A stretch of DNA of 64,000 nt, from positions 12,310,948 to 12,374,947 of the forward strand of contig NC_092673.1 in the NCBI RefSeq assembly GCF_964355755.1. Direction: 5' to 3'. The stretch comes from Antedon mediterranea. Its lineage: Eukaryota > Animalia > Echinodermata. Positions 36,046 through 48,405 of the stretch are shown piece after piece. A model generated the notes under the pieces. That model did no database searches and was not told the origin of the DNA. It was given only the letters and a program-made list of their open reading frames with translations. The stretch's first letter is position 1. Each line of letters begins with the position of its first letter. The position numbers and the translations under genes were made by a program.

Positions 36046-37281
36046 CATCTCAGTCCCCGTTAACCCCGTATACAAGAACCAACAAAAACAAACTATCTGT
36101 TTGAAACATTTATTCTGAGACGGTTCGGCCACACACGCCAACTACCATAACCATTGCGAGCTAAAAAGTTGGGATTATGGATTTATACTAAAAGAAACTT
36201 TATGTGAACACAACAAATACGGTACCCAATAAAAATACAAATTCAGAGCTTCATAGCTCGTTATAGACCGGGCGCCCGGAAGATTTATTCATGTGAAAAG
36301 ATACAAAAGGTTTGATGATGTAGTTAGGTGCGTATTAGGGCGAGATGCAATATTCGACATTGCTGCCGGGTCACAGCCTGTACATAGGGCCTATGGGGAT
36401 CATAACATAGGGGGGTAAAAATGCATTTATTTATGTGAAGCGATACAAGGATAAAAATTTTTGGATATCATTCGCAGTGGGCTACTAATGATTACATCAC
36501 CAATGACAGCAACTTTATCCAGTACGGGGCGCCAAACAGCAACATTTTAGGCGTAAATGGGTTTATTCATGTGAAGCGATACAAGGTTGAATCTTTTTTT
36601 AATGGCAGCAGTATATATTGGGGATGACAAAAACACCAATGACAGCAACTTTATCCTGTACATAAGCTCAGACAGCAGCCCTAAAGGTCCGCAGTTTCCC
36701 CCTATTCGGCTATATACTCGGCGCGTATGTCGTCTAATAGCGTTCAGCTGAGTTAGAAATACGTGATACGGACTCGGACTGACAATAAATACACAGTAGA
36801 ATGCTAAAACAATAAATAAAGAGAGCAGTTGTTTCCTGTACCAAATCATCAAACATCAAAATCTTAGGAACTCGCCCAAAATGGGTTTATCCATGAAGTG
36901 TGTAATCATTTTTGAAAAAAAATGTTTTTTTTTCACTTTATCCGGTACACAGCAGCTCAAATGCCCGAGGCTCCATTCGTGAATTAAAAATGTTGATAAT
37001 ACAAACACATTCACGATAACGAGTGACTTTTATTTTATAATTGAAATATATCTTTATTTTGGAATAAAGACATTTTGGAATAATAAATAACACCAACAAA
37101 AACACTTAAAATAACCAACAGCAGATTTTTATTTTATGGTAACATTTTGAACAATCAATTTTAATTTTTCAAAATCATTATTTCGATCAAAATAATATAA
37201 TTTAAGAATATTTTTCAGATAAACTAAATAATTACACCCATAATGATCGACACCGGTACCGATTATTGTACATTATTATTA

Positions 37282-38518
37282 CTAGATGGTACGCTCGCTT
37301 CGCTCGCGTACCATCTAGGTCGTGCCCACAGATGGTTCTCGAATACACAGTAATTTCAGCGTAACATAACTGGCGATTTCAAATGTGACTATAATACATT
37401 GTCGTTTACAGAAACGAATAAATAGACACGATGATTTATGTAGTCAACTAAAATTAGCACCCTGGGAATTACTTCTGAAGGAGAAACTTACCACAAAATG
37501 AGTCCAAATTTTTGAATTTGTGTTTTGTCTGTAACATTAGGGTTGAGGGATGGGAAAGCGGATAGGTACAAAGAGGAACAATTTTTTAATATATTCTTTA
37601 TCCACTCAGTAACGAAATATTTTTTTCATGTTTTATAGGCCTATAAATAATATACCTCTAAATACAGTAAAACATTTGCGATTTAATACTTTGTTAAAAC
37701 TGTCACTGTCATAATCGATTGAAATATTAAAGTAGGCCTACATGTCACGATACACCACTACGACGTTTATATTTTTGGTAATTATTAATTAATACAAACG
37801 TTGAGAAGGAACTGTCAGTATAAAGTTTATTTGTATATAACAGTAGAGCCTATCCACAATCTCAGTAATAAAGTTTATTTGTATATATTTTTATATTACA
37901 TCTAACAGTACGAACATTCACAGTAAGAAATGCTCGATTCAAATAAGTATTGTCAAAGTATTGCAAGTTTATTCTCAAAGGGCCCATATATTTACCTACC
38001 GTATGTGTTAAACCAAGGGCTCATAAATTTACCTAACTCTGGCAGACTGAGAGATTGGGATGTTCCATTCATCGCAAATCAATACATTTGTATAATCGTA
38101 TATTAAATCTATCAAAATAGTATTTTTTAAAGAAAATCGGCCTGTCTTCAACATTATGATGCTGTACTCTAGCTGTTCAACCGGTTTTCAGCTATTAAAA
38201 ACAATTATCGTAGGAGGAGATAGGAAAATGCGAAGCCTCCTCGCATTTTTGTGGCGGGTATTTTTCAAGATGGACATCCATTAGACAGTGTATACCACGA
38301 TCGGAAAACACCCCTATTTGGGGCAAATCGTTGAACCTAAATTCGTTTTAATCGTCAATAACTAATTATCTAACTTAATTTAATTAGTAAACAGGGTTAC
38401 ATCAGGTGGTTAAAATCAGTACCGAAAGTACGAACCAACTTTATATACCATCGAGTAAAAATTCTAGAAGTAAGGCGCGATTTACCAAATTTTGCCCTTA
38501 CGTAAATTTATATATAGA
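37282..38518 (-). mobile_element. Complete non-autonomous canonical Helitron (1237 bp)
   Basis: On the - strand: A|TCTATATATAAATTTACG...CTAGATGGTACGCGAGCGAAGCGAGCGTACCATCTAG|T. This gives a 5' TC, a 3' GC-rich hairpin ending in CTAG, an A/T target and no TSD. Confidence 0.9.
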
Positions 38519-38679
38519 TAACTCGATTTAAATATTGTTTTAATTACACACTAGACACTTAGTGATATGTCTATATGAAAAAAGGCAACGAAATCTAAAT
38601 TTGCAACATTTTTTAACATAACATAACATAATAGTAAAGTAAATAATAGTTCGAATTCAACATAATCAAAAACTAAACT

Positions 38680-38950
38680 AAACTAAACTACTCGGCGCTG
38701 GCTTAAGCGTACCCTAAACTACTCGACGCTGATTGGCTTAAGCCTGCCCTAAGTTACCCGAGCGCTGATTGGCTTAAGCGTACCCTAAACTACTCGACGC
38801 TGATTGGCTTAAGCCTACCCTAAATTACTCTACGCTGATTGGCTTAAGCCTACACGAAACTACTCGACGCTAATTGGCTCAAGCATACCCTAAACTACTC
38901 GAAGCTGATTGGCTTAAGCCTACCCTAAACTATTTGACGCTGATTGGCAG
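38680..38950. repeat. 35-bp tandem minisatellite (about 8 copies)
   Basis: Consensus CTGATTGGCTTAAGCCTACCCTAAACTACTCGACG. Confidence 0.9.
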
Positions 38951-39294
38951 AGACTGCTCCAGCATGTAGTTCGTACACAATGTTCGGGGAAGGCGTTTAT
39001 TTTTGTGGGTGTAATATGGCAAAAGTATAGTGTAATCAAATAAATACCTCCTAGATATGGACAAATTATAATAATTAATATCGTTCATTCGAGAGAGGCG
39101 TTTATTCAAAGCGAGGCTTTATTCGAATAAATACGGTAATTATTATTTTTTTTATTTTATATATTTAGGCAAATTGCCAAGGATAACCATAAGCAAATTC
39201 AATCACTATCCTTCTTAAAGGTGGCAATCCGTTCACGAGACAAACATATACACACAATGCTCTACATAAACAAAGTCTTTATTACAAGTCTTTG

Positions 39295-39408
39295 GGAGTG
39301 GAGTTGTAAATTGTCATTAGAAAAAATCCTGACATATGACAGGACTTGAACCCAGGACCCTTGGATTGGCAGCCAAGCATCATAACCACCAGGCCACAAC
39401 TCCACTCC
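39295..39408 (-). pseudogene. tRNA-Gly(GCC)-like sequence / SINE head
   Basis: The - strand has TGGCCTGGTGG (A box), anticodon loop CTGCCAA and GGTTCAAGTCC (B box). The acceptor stem is not canonical. Confidence 0.5.
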
Positions 39409-39479
39409 AATAATGGTAATGGTAATAGCAAAGCACATATTAATATACATGTAGGCCGCTAGTCAAATTATTTACATAG

Positions 39480-40809
39480 GCCTAAACAGTTTCAGGTCTA
39501 TCGTTATACAAATTGTTGTTACTGCACGTAATCTTACATATGGGGTATCAAAATGACCGCAATTGAACCGGGAATGTTCTAAGCTATATTTGAACATCAT
39601 CCGCCACCTAGGATCCAAGTTAGGGACCAAAATGTGGTCAAAACCCCCACTTTCGATGTTTGTTGTTATACAAATTTCTGTTTCTGCACGTAATCATACA
39701 TATGGGGTATCAAAATGATGAAAATTGTACCCGGAAGGTTTTAAACTACATTAAAAAAATTCCCCCGACTCCTGGGGTTTTTGTGGGAGAGGGGGGTGTG
39801 GTGGTTTGTGATGTAATTTTTGCTAGGGCTCGGGGTTGTAGGCTATCGAATTGTAAAATTATACTACAAAAGTTGTACAGTATTTGAATTATCCTCAGCA
39901 AGGCGTTTGGGGAAATATAGATATAGATATACATATTTTATTCATTAACCAATATGACACCTATTCATTTACACATTTATCAAAGTACTTTACCCTTATC
40001 CAGCTTTCTTGGATTGTCTCGTTACAGACATCCATTCCTGTGTAAACATATACACGTTCTTTACTGTTACTGTGTTCAACTACATCACCATGCCTGCAAA
40101 GAAAAAACGCCCATTGTGGTAGAGGGGCGTTGGGAGATACGGTTGGGGTTCAGGGGATAGTGGGGATTTTGCTTAGGCTAGGAGTAGTGGAGATAGGGTG
40201 TTGGGGATAGTGGGGATTTTGCTTAGGCTAGGAATAGTAGGCTACATTGACCAGAATTGTGGATGGAAATTGTTACAGTATTTAATTATTCCTGGGATTT
40301 TGGGGTGGGGATGTAGGCCCATCATGACCGAAACTGGGAATGTTTTAAACTACATTTGAAAACTGCAACTGAGGGATTATGGGTTGGGAGTGATGGCTAA
40401 CATAATTTGTACTGGAACCTACACCTACTCATTTACACAGTTTACAACGTACTTAATAACACCCCACACTCTTTACAGTGAAGGACAAATTCAATTAAAC
40501 TTTAGATTCAAATTGAGAGGGCATACATAGCTGTGATAGGCCTATGGCTTAAGTACGTTGTAAACTGTGTAAATGAGTAGGTGTAGGTGTAGGTTCCACC
40601 CCTTAAGCCATAGGCCTATCACAGCTATGTATGCCCTCTCAATTTGAATCTAAAGTTTAATTGAATTTGTCCTTCACTGTAAAGAGTGTGGGGTGTTATT
40701 AAGGGGTGGAGGTTGGTGCGTATACGGAGATACTGGCGTCGGGTGTTATGTACTGAGAAGGCTTTAAACTAATTTTGAAACCCGCTCTGGGGCGGGTATA
40801 ATTGCTAGT
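39480..40809 (+). mobile_element. Rolling-circle (Helitron-type) element remnant with internal repeats
   Basis: Ends with hairpin CCCGC-TCTGGG-GCGGG followed by TATAATTGCTAG|T. Repeated internal blocks CATATGGGGTATCAAAATGA..CCGG..TTTAAACTAC. The 5' end is not defined. Confidence 0.55.
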
Positions 40810-41684
40810 TATTATATATTATTATTATCATTATTATTAATACGCAAAATGTTACAACGCTTTCGTAATATTCTATTAAGAAAAGGTTCTATTGATTTAC
40901 TCTTTTTATGCTAATTAGCGCTAATTATTGGCTTTCTTAAACAGACTAGGTACAGGAGGAGGAGTTGGCACTTAAGAATGATGAATCTTCATTTAGACCC
41001 TAAAAATAAACATTTTAGCATTGGTTTCATTTATGTACTCGATTAGGCTAATTAACTCAAATGTTGGGGTATTTTGATTGTCCCTCCCTTGAGATGGTAC
41101 AGGGGCGGGAACTTAAGAAAGGCCGTTTGATGGTCCCTGGACACTACTTGACATATTCTATGCCTCAGACCTATTGTACTCGCAATGCTAAACAAATCTT
41201 TATGGGCTCGCGGACTATACTGAACGACTAAGTAGACACACACTCATACTGTAGTATAATCCCACTAAGTGAGTAAACGGGACCAGTGGTCCTACTCTAA
41301 CCTACAGAAGGTATTCTAGTATAATCTCACCAAGATTCCTGGGAACAATACGCCGTTTTCTCACAGATACAGTATCAAATTTCCCTATATTAAAAAACAT
41401 AAGTGAGTTTAGGCCTACACTCAAATTTAAAAGACAATGCTGAGTAAACGGAACCAGTGGTCCTACTCTAACTGTATACTGGACGACTAAGGAGGTACCC
41501 TAGTATAATCCCACCAAGTGATTCCCAGGAACAATCCGCCCTTCTCACAAAAATGTTTAATTTCTAATACCATAAAAACCCTAAGCAACACGAATACAGT
41601 AATAAGAATCAAACAAATCTATATTTCATTATTATATTTATGTATTATTATTATAGTGCTATGGTTGCTTTATTATCCTTAAAA

Positions 41685-42691
41685 TTATGAACATTTTGGG
41701 AACTTTTTCAACTCTTCTCCAATTTGTGGACGATTTCGATATCTGTTCGGATGTACATGAATGCTTAACTGATAGAAGCCATTTTCAAGATCTATTTAAA
41801 AACAAAAAGAAAAAAATATAAGACAGGTCACAGAAAGAACACATATAGGCCTAGGAAGAGAGTATGAATCAAGTTTATTTTGTAACTCCTGGAGATCTAG
41901 GCCTAATGTAATTTATCAACTCCGATGTTTTGAACCCCGGAGGTAATTTTATGATTCACACCAAAAAAATCAATTTATCAAGTAGCCTACGTTGTGAAAT
42001 GTATTTTTGGTGCAGACTCAGGCTCGGTACAAACATGAATAATGTATTATGATGAAAGCATTTTAGAAGGTGGGCGATAGGATAATACGATTTGGACTAG
42101 CCTAGGTCTAGGCTTAGGTCTAGGCTACGGCCTCATATAGGCCTACCTATCCTAGGCTAGCTAGGGCCTAGCCTAGGCCTATAGCCTAATGTTTAAAGCT
42201 AAGAGACAGGCCTAGGATGCACGAAATTGAAAGCAGAACAATCATGACCTTAAAAACGTTTTCGTCACCAACACACACAAACCTTCGTTTCTCTGCCATA
42301 TTCCTTCTGTATAAATGTCAGTTAACTTAATACATAGTCGATCCTGAAGCTTTTGAAATATTTTTATTTCATGGGCAGCTAACAGAAGGTCTCTCCGTAC
42401 TTTCCAAGACAAATACGTTCCGTCTGCAGCCGTCAATACGTCATCAATTATCTCGTGCCCGGTCTTTCCTAATATTAATTGTGAGTTCGTAAATTCAAGT
42501 AATGTTTTCTTCACATTATTGTACCTTTGACTATCAAAAAAATTAATATTAAGTCGGTTCAAAAGATCGCGCTGTTCTTCATCTTTAAACTTGTGGTTGA
42601 CGTCAAATGAGTTCTCTACTTTTAGTGATTTGCAACGTTTTCCTTTTAGGCCTATGCACCTCCATTTCTCTGTTATCTCACGGGAATCCAT
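41685..42691 (-). CDS. Hypothetical two-exon gene, 171 aa, no recognised family
   Basis: Exon 42691-42283 (ATG...GAA G|gtttgt) and exon 41791-41685 (tttaaatag|AT CTT...TAA) join in frame with no stops. CCAAT box at about 42737-42742. Confidence 0.55.
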
Positions 42692-43257
42692 GCTTCGTGG
42701 TTTAAAATCTTCCAACCAGAGACTTTTAAGAAACCTGATTGGTTGGATAGAATGTTTTGTTTAGAACGAATACGCAGTTTGGATTGTTATAACACACGCG
42801 AGCGGTTTCAATAGGCCTAATTAGGAGTGTTTATCTCTCTCTATTTTGTTTATTTTTATCGTATAGGCCTATGCCGCTGTCTTTGCCTATATGATTATTA
42901 TCCATATAAAAATCACAAACGAATTACCGGTAGGCCTAAATATTTCTCTCAAGATGATAAAAATTGATAACGTTTTGTTTATCGAACTTAGGTGAAGTAA
43001 TATTATACTCTCTTTCATTCATTTATTCGGTCAAAATCAACATACAATACATGATTACATATCAATGTACAGAAAGTTAAAACTTGAGACTCACAATTAA
43101 AAAGAAAGAAAAATGTTATAAACAATCTAAAACAATGCAAATGTCTAAAATGATGGTTAAAAAATGGCTTAAAAAAGGTTTTAAAATGGCATAAAAAAAC
43201 AGCATTAAAATACAAGTTATTAAAACGACAATAAAATATTGAAAAGCGTTTAGTTAA

Positions 43258-43452
43258 AAAGCATGATTTGCGTATTTTGGCAAAGCAGATTTGCGTGTTT
43301 TGGCATGATTTGTGTTTTTTGGCAAAGCATAGCGCCCTCAATTTGCGTATTTTGGCATGATTTGCGTATTTTGGCAAAGCATAGCGGCCTCAATTTGCGT
43401 ATTTTGGCAATTTTTTTTGCGTATTTTGGTATGATGCTCACCAACCCCACTC
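43258..43452. repeat. Subterminal repeat array (TTTGCGTATTTTGGCA) of a TIR element end
   Basis: About 7 copies, ending TTTGGTATGATGCTCACCAACCCC. Confidence 0.7.
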
Positions 43453-44219
43453 ATATTTTGTGGGTTTTGTGGTGGAGAATAAGAAAGTTCTATAGCCTGT
43501 GTTATCTAGGAATACTGTGAAATTGGATAGATGAGTCAGATCTGTGTAATTAGTATTGAGTTTTAAAAGTAAGCAGTTGTGTTATAATTAGAATTCTGTG
43601 TTTCATCGATTTTGTAGCTGAAATTGAGAACCTGGGTTTAAGTTATTATTGTTATTATTTTGTGAAGAGGTACATATAGAACCGTTTTGTTTGAGAATTA
43701 CGAGGCCCCCTGAAGTTTCTAGAACAACATTCGAGGTCACACTTATTGGCCAGCCACTTTGCAATCAAAATATTTTGAAATCTAAAATAAAAAAGCGAAT
43801 ATGATAAAAAAAAATTATTCAAAAGCTCTCTGTTAAATACTGTCTTGATTGGTACACATGTTTAGCATTGTAACAAATTAGTGGACACTTGGAAATGGAC
43901 TGTACCATTTTCAGAACGTTGTTTTCTTAAACACAAATGAGGAATATAATGTTAGAATGTTTGTAAACTATACTCTAATCAGTTTCAATATCTCCAGTTC
44001 AGTAGTCCAGACCTTTAGATTTCCAAGCTAAAGAATGTTATAGTTAAGGACAAAAACAATTGTTTTATTAAAATGGGGAGAAATTTGATGTGGGATGTTA
44101 AATTTGCTATTTGAAATTGTTTTGTTGTTTTATCTGACAGTTTTGAAGATGACAGAGACCTGATGAAACAGATTAAGTTTTACATATCCTAGACATTTTT
44201 CTATGGTTATGGTTACAAA

Positions 44220-45700
44220 ATGGCAGCAATATGCTTTAAATGTGAGTGGCCATTTCCAACGACAAGGAAGTCATTGAAAATTTAATTTGCTATCATCAGG
44301 ATGGGTGCCGTCAATCATTCACTTTAATGAATTCATTTTTGAAGCACATCAATCGTTGCCACAAACATGTTTTTGATGATGTATTACAACCACCTTTACT
44401 TGAAAATATAGGTTCAGATAATAATGCAAATGAAGATAATGTTGATAATGATGACGATGCAGAGTATGTTCAGAGAGAGGATATAGCCAACATACAGGAA
44501 AATCATGTAGAACTAAACCGAGAATATACCAAGAATGTTGCTGGATCTTTCATACTGCGCATTAGGGGTACAGCGACCACCACATTGATATCAGTTAATA
44601 ATTACATAGGAGCTACAAATGCATTGTTTTCTGATAATGTTCAGAATGTTCTGTCAAACTTTGACATTATATCTAGTCCATTTCAAGGATTAGAAAAAGT
44701 TGACCAGCAGAATAAGTACTTTCGTGAGAATTGTCAGTTTGTTGGTTCAGAAACAATGACATTACCAGGAAACAGATATGATCAACAAGAGTACTGGCAC
44801 ATTAAAGCAAATCCTTGTTACAGAAACGTATATAGAAAGTGGCTACTTGACTGGTTGCAAGGACGGCCAGCAATTTATAGAACATGGCATGTTCAATGGT
44901 CAACCAGATACAATGAGGATCATATTATATTATGATGATGTAGAAGTTGCCAACCCTATTGGCTTTAAGAGTCATTCATAAATTAGGAATATTTTATTTC
45001 AGCATTGATAACCTTCTGAAGGTGTATAATAGGGATATGAAATCTATCCATTTGCTCGCAGTCTGTTACAGTCTGGATCCAGCCAAGCATGGGGATGAGT
45101 CGGTACTAAGACTATTTTAAAAAGAAATAGACAAATTGGAATCGGATGAAGGGATTAGGCTTGACATTAAAGGTTATGCATTTATTTGTGTCCGTGCTGC
45201 ACTCACATGTGTTGTTGGATATACCCTGCTATGCACTGTATGTTCAACCTTTTAAGCCCATCTGCAAATCATTTCTGTAGACCATGTTTGTGTCATAGGG
45301 AAACTTTGCAAATGCACCTTTATGAGCATGATTTTGAGATGCATAGAACATAGAAACTGCCGGAATGCCCCGTGGAAACTCAGAGACTGGTGTTAAAGGG
45401 CACTGTTGCTTAAATGAACTCCATTACTTTTATAATGTGACAAATTATAACTTTGACGTGATGCATGATATTTTTTATTGAAGACCAGGGGTTGGTGCGT
45501 TTGAGGTAAAGCTTGTATTGCGGCAGCTAATAATATTTGATCGATTTCATACTGTTACTGAAGTAGATGAAAGAATAAAAAGCTTTGCTTATCCATTTAT
45601 TGAAAGGAAGAACAAGCCAACTATCCAGAGCAGGGTTATAAAATGAAAGTGACCATAAACTTGGTCAAAAAGCAGCACAGATGGCACCATTTCTTATTGG
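44220..45700 (+). pseudogene. Decayed EnSpm/CACTA-type (metazoan) transposase, copy 1
   Basis: N-terminal C2H2 finger (CHQDGCRQSFTLMNSFLKHINRCH, degenerate), LYYDDVEVANPIG, IHLLAVCYS, NFDVMHDI, KLGQKAAQM. Many frameshifts. Homologous to 48736-51190. Confidence 0.8.
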
Positions 45701-46670
45701 ACCCGCGAGACAAGTGATTGCAGCTCCTGCCCACAAGAATGTGCCCATTAATTATGAGGTATGTACAATGGAACATGATAATAATGAATTCAGTCACAAT
45801 CACAAATGATTGTTTAAAAAGAACATTGCCACAATTGTAATTTTAGGTAAAATAACTAATTTCAGAACTCAACCATTGCTGATATTATAAGGCAAACAGC
45901 AAAGGGGGAAAAGAGACCCGATAAAAACAGCCAATGATGCAAAACAATTTATAATAATGGGAGTAGAGAAAATCTGAACAGAATGAAAAAACTAAATATC
46001 CACTTGGAAAAGTCCCAGTATCTGCAGATGGATCTTAATTATCATAACGTGGGCTAAGTTAAATAAAACCTAAACTAATAGGAAGATGTTTTGCCCAACT
46101 CTGACGTAATGTGTACCGAATACTCAATACATGTGATAACAATTGCGAAAAAATATGCAAATTATTGGGTGGAAACCCACGGCCTCCAGATCATCAGGCC
46201 TCTAGACCACCGAGCTTAAACCTGATGGCTAGGGGTGAATTCGAGCTCAAGTAAGCAGCAGGAACTGCACCAACGATGATAATTGTTGTTAATTGCGTAA
46301 TAAGTTTTTGAATATACTCTTTCTTTTATTGATTCAAAAATATACAATAATCTTAGTATATTTTAAATACAAAAGATGGTTTACAAAATGCTAAAGATAG
46401 AAATAAGCAATTACTGTAACTTTAAGTGCATTTACTGTTTTTACAGATGATCTGGATGTGTTCAGCTGATGCTTTTCATTACATTGTACAACACACTTTT
46501 TATTATTAAATTGCAATAGGTCTATACAAAATGTGTATTTCATTACCTCTCTCACAAGATCACTGTTGTATAAAATACACTTTTCACAGCAGCATAATTT
46601 TGTAATTTGGAGATCAAACCTGGTTAAAAATGGTTTATTTTCTGCATATGTGGAAATGTGTATAATTAGA

Positions 46671-46700
<30 letters not shown>

Positions 46701-46704
<4 letters not shown>

Positions 46705-47270
46705 TGAACACTTTCATATTTAAATTTAAAAAATAGCTTAACATAATAACACTTTCTTATTAATAGTAATACACAATATACATTTCTCTTAAGAACAAAA
46801 TATAAATAATTTCACAATGTAATAAATATAAATCTATTTTTTCTTTTCACTTAAAAACAAAGTCTATAAATAATTTGTTGTCAATTTTTTCTTTTTTAGC
46901 ATATTTCCACTAAAAAATAATTTAATTAAACATAAAACTTTCTTATTCAAATAAATAGTTATTACTTACTAAATAAACAGATGATAAAAGTTCTATAAAT
47001 TCAAGATTTAAATAAAACATTATATGAAAACAATGCTTTTATTGAACACTTTCGTATTTCAATTTAAAAAATAGCTTAAAATAATAACACCTTTTAAATA
47101 ATAATAATATATAATATACATTTCTCTTAAGAACAAACTATAAATAATTTCATGATGTAATAAATATAAATCTACATTTTCTTTTTTCTTAAAAACAAAG
47201 TCTATAAATAATTTGTTGTCAATTTTTTCTTATATAACATATTTCAACTAAATAATTTAATTAAACAGAT
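46701..47270. repeat. AT-rich tandem duplication (about 337 bp period) following a T24+ tract
   Basis: TTATTGAACACTTTC..AAAAATAGCTTAA..CTCTTAAGAACAAA..AAAACAAAGTCTATAAATAATTTGTTGTC occurs at 46701 and 47038. Confidence 0.85.
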
Positions 47271-47594
47271 TAAACTAAATTAATTAGAAGTTAATCAAGA
47301 AAAGAAGGAAGGCAACTGGCAAATGCCTTCAGTTCACACATTTTGTAAACTTGTAATGAGCAGTATGCCAAATTGAAATTCAAACTACCTGATCAAAAAC
47401 AAACGTGCATTGGTGATCAGTATATTAACAAGGTGATTAAAGATACAAAATTGTAGTGTTTATTATGTGATAAATAATAGACTAAAGTACCTTTTGAGTA
47501 TCGGAGGATTTGTGATAAATTCATATATTTCAGCTTTTTCAGGGGAGGATTTAGGGGGCCCCCTTTTGTAATATTATATATATATATATATATA

Positions 47595-48200
47595 AACGAA
47601 GGCAACGCTAACAAATTTAAACCAAAAAGTTCCTGGAATCCACCTAAAAATCGTTGTCCAGCTTTAGAAACATTCATTCAGGCTATTGAGGAGGATGTAC
47701 AAAACTACGTCCCGAGTCCAGATAAACGTGACAATCTCTCAAAACAAGAGAGGCAGGCCATCGCAAAATTGCGTCAGCGTAATGATATTATCATTAAACC
47801 CGCCACTGTTGCCATGGACATCAAATTTTATGAAGAGGAGTCCTTAAGACAGCTAAACAATCCTCTTCATTATCGTAAACTTACAACGGATCCCACCCTG
47901 GAAATTGCGGATAAGGTGGCCAAATCTGTTTCTGTGATGGTAAAAAAAACACTCCATCGATCCTAAGATTGGACCATTGGGCACAGGTCAATCCAGTTCC
48001 AGGCAGATTTTATTTCCTACCTAAAATCCACAAAGCAGGCAATCCTGGTAGACCCATTATTTCGGGCAATGGCACTGCTACAGAGAAAATTTCTGAATAT
48101 GTGGATGATTTACTTAGACCATATGTGACTTCATACATTCAGGACTCCACGGACTTTATCCGCAAAATTAACCAAATTCAAAATGTGCCTAATAATTCCA
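47595..48200 (+). mobile_element. Neptune-clade Penelope-like element fragment (N-terminal region and RT start)
   Basis: [102 protein letters not shown]. Confidence 0.85.
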
Positions 48201-48332
48201 CGCGAGAGCGAATGACTGCGATTTTGACTGTAGGCCTATGGTGATTAACATTACACAATGCCGGCTGTTAATTTAAGAAACCTTCTTTTAATCAAAATTA
48301 AGTTGTTAAGGCTTTTATTAATTCGTTTTAGT

Positions 48333-48405
48333 GGGGGTCTCTGTTTTCGAGATTTTCTCGAAAACAGAGACCCTGGGTCTCGGGTCTCTGTTTTCAAGAC
48401 ACCCA
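48333..48405. repeat. Small palindromic MITE remnant
   Basis: GGGTCTCTGTTTTCGAG-ATTTT-CTCGAAAACAGAGACCC hairpin, followed by a second GGGTCTCTGTTTTCAAGACACCC. Confidence 0.6.

Noticed and set aside
38680-38950. 35-bp repeat array as a CRISPR array
   Set aside because: Units are contiguous with no unique spacers, there are no cas genes, and the DNA is eukaryotic. It is a minisatellite.
39295-39408. Functional tRNA-Gly gene
   Set aside because: The acceptor stem does not pair and the anticodon stem has a 1-nt irregularity. Treated as a tRNA-derived repeat.
43015-43520. ORFs with repeated AKIRK/CQNTQ motifs
   Set aside because: Artefacts of the TTTGCGTATTTTGGCA repeat array.
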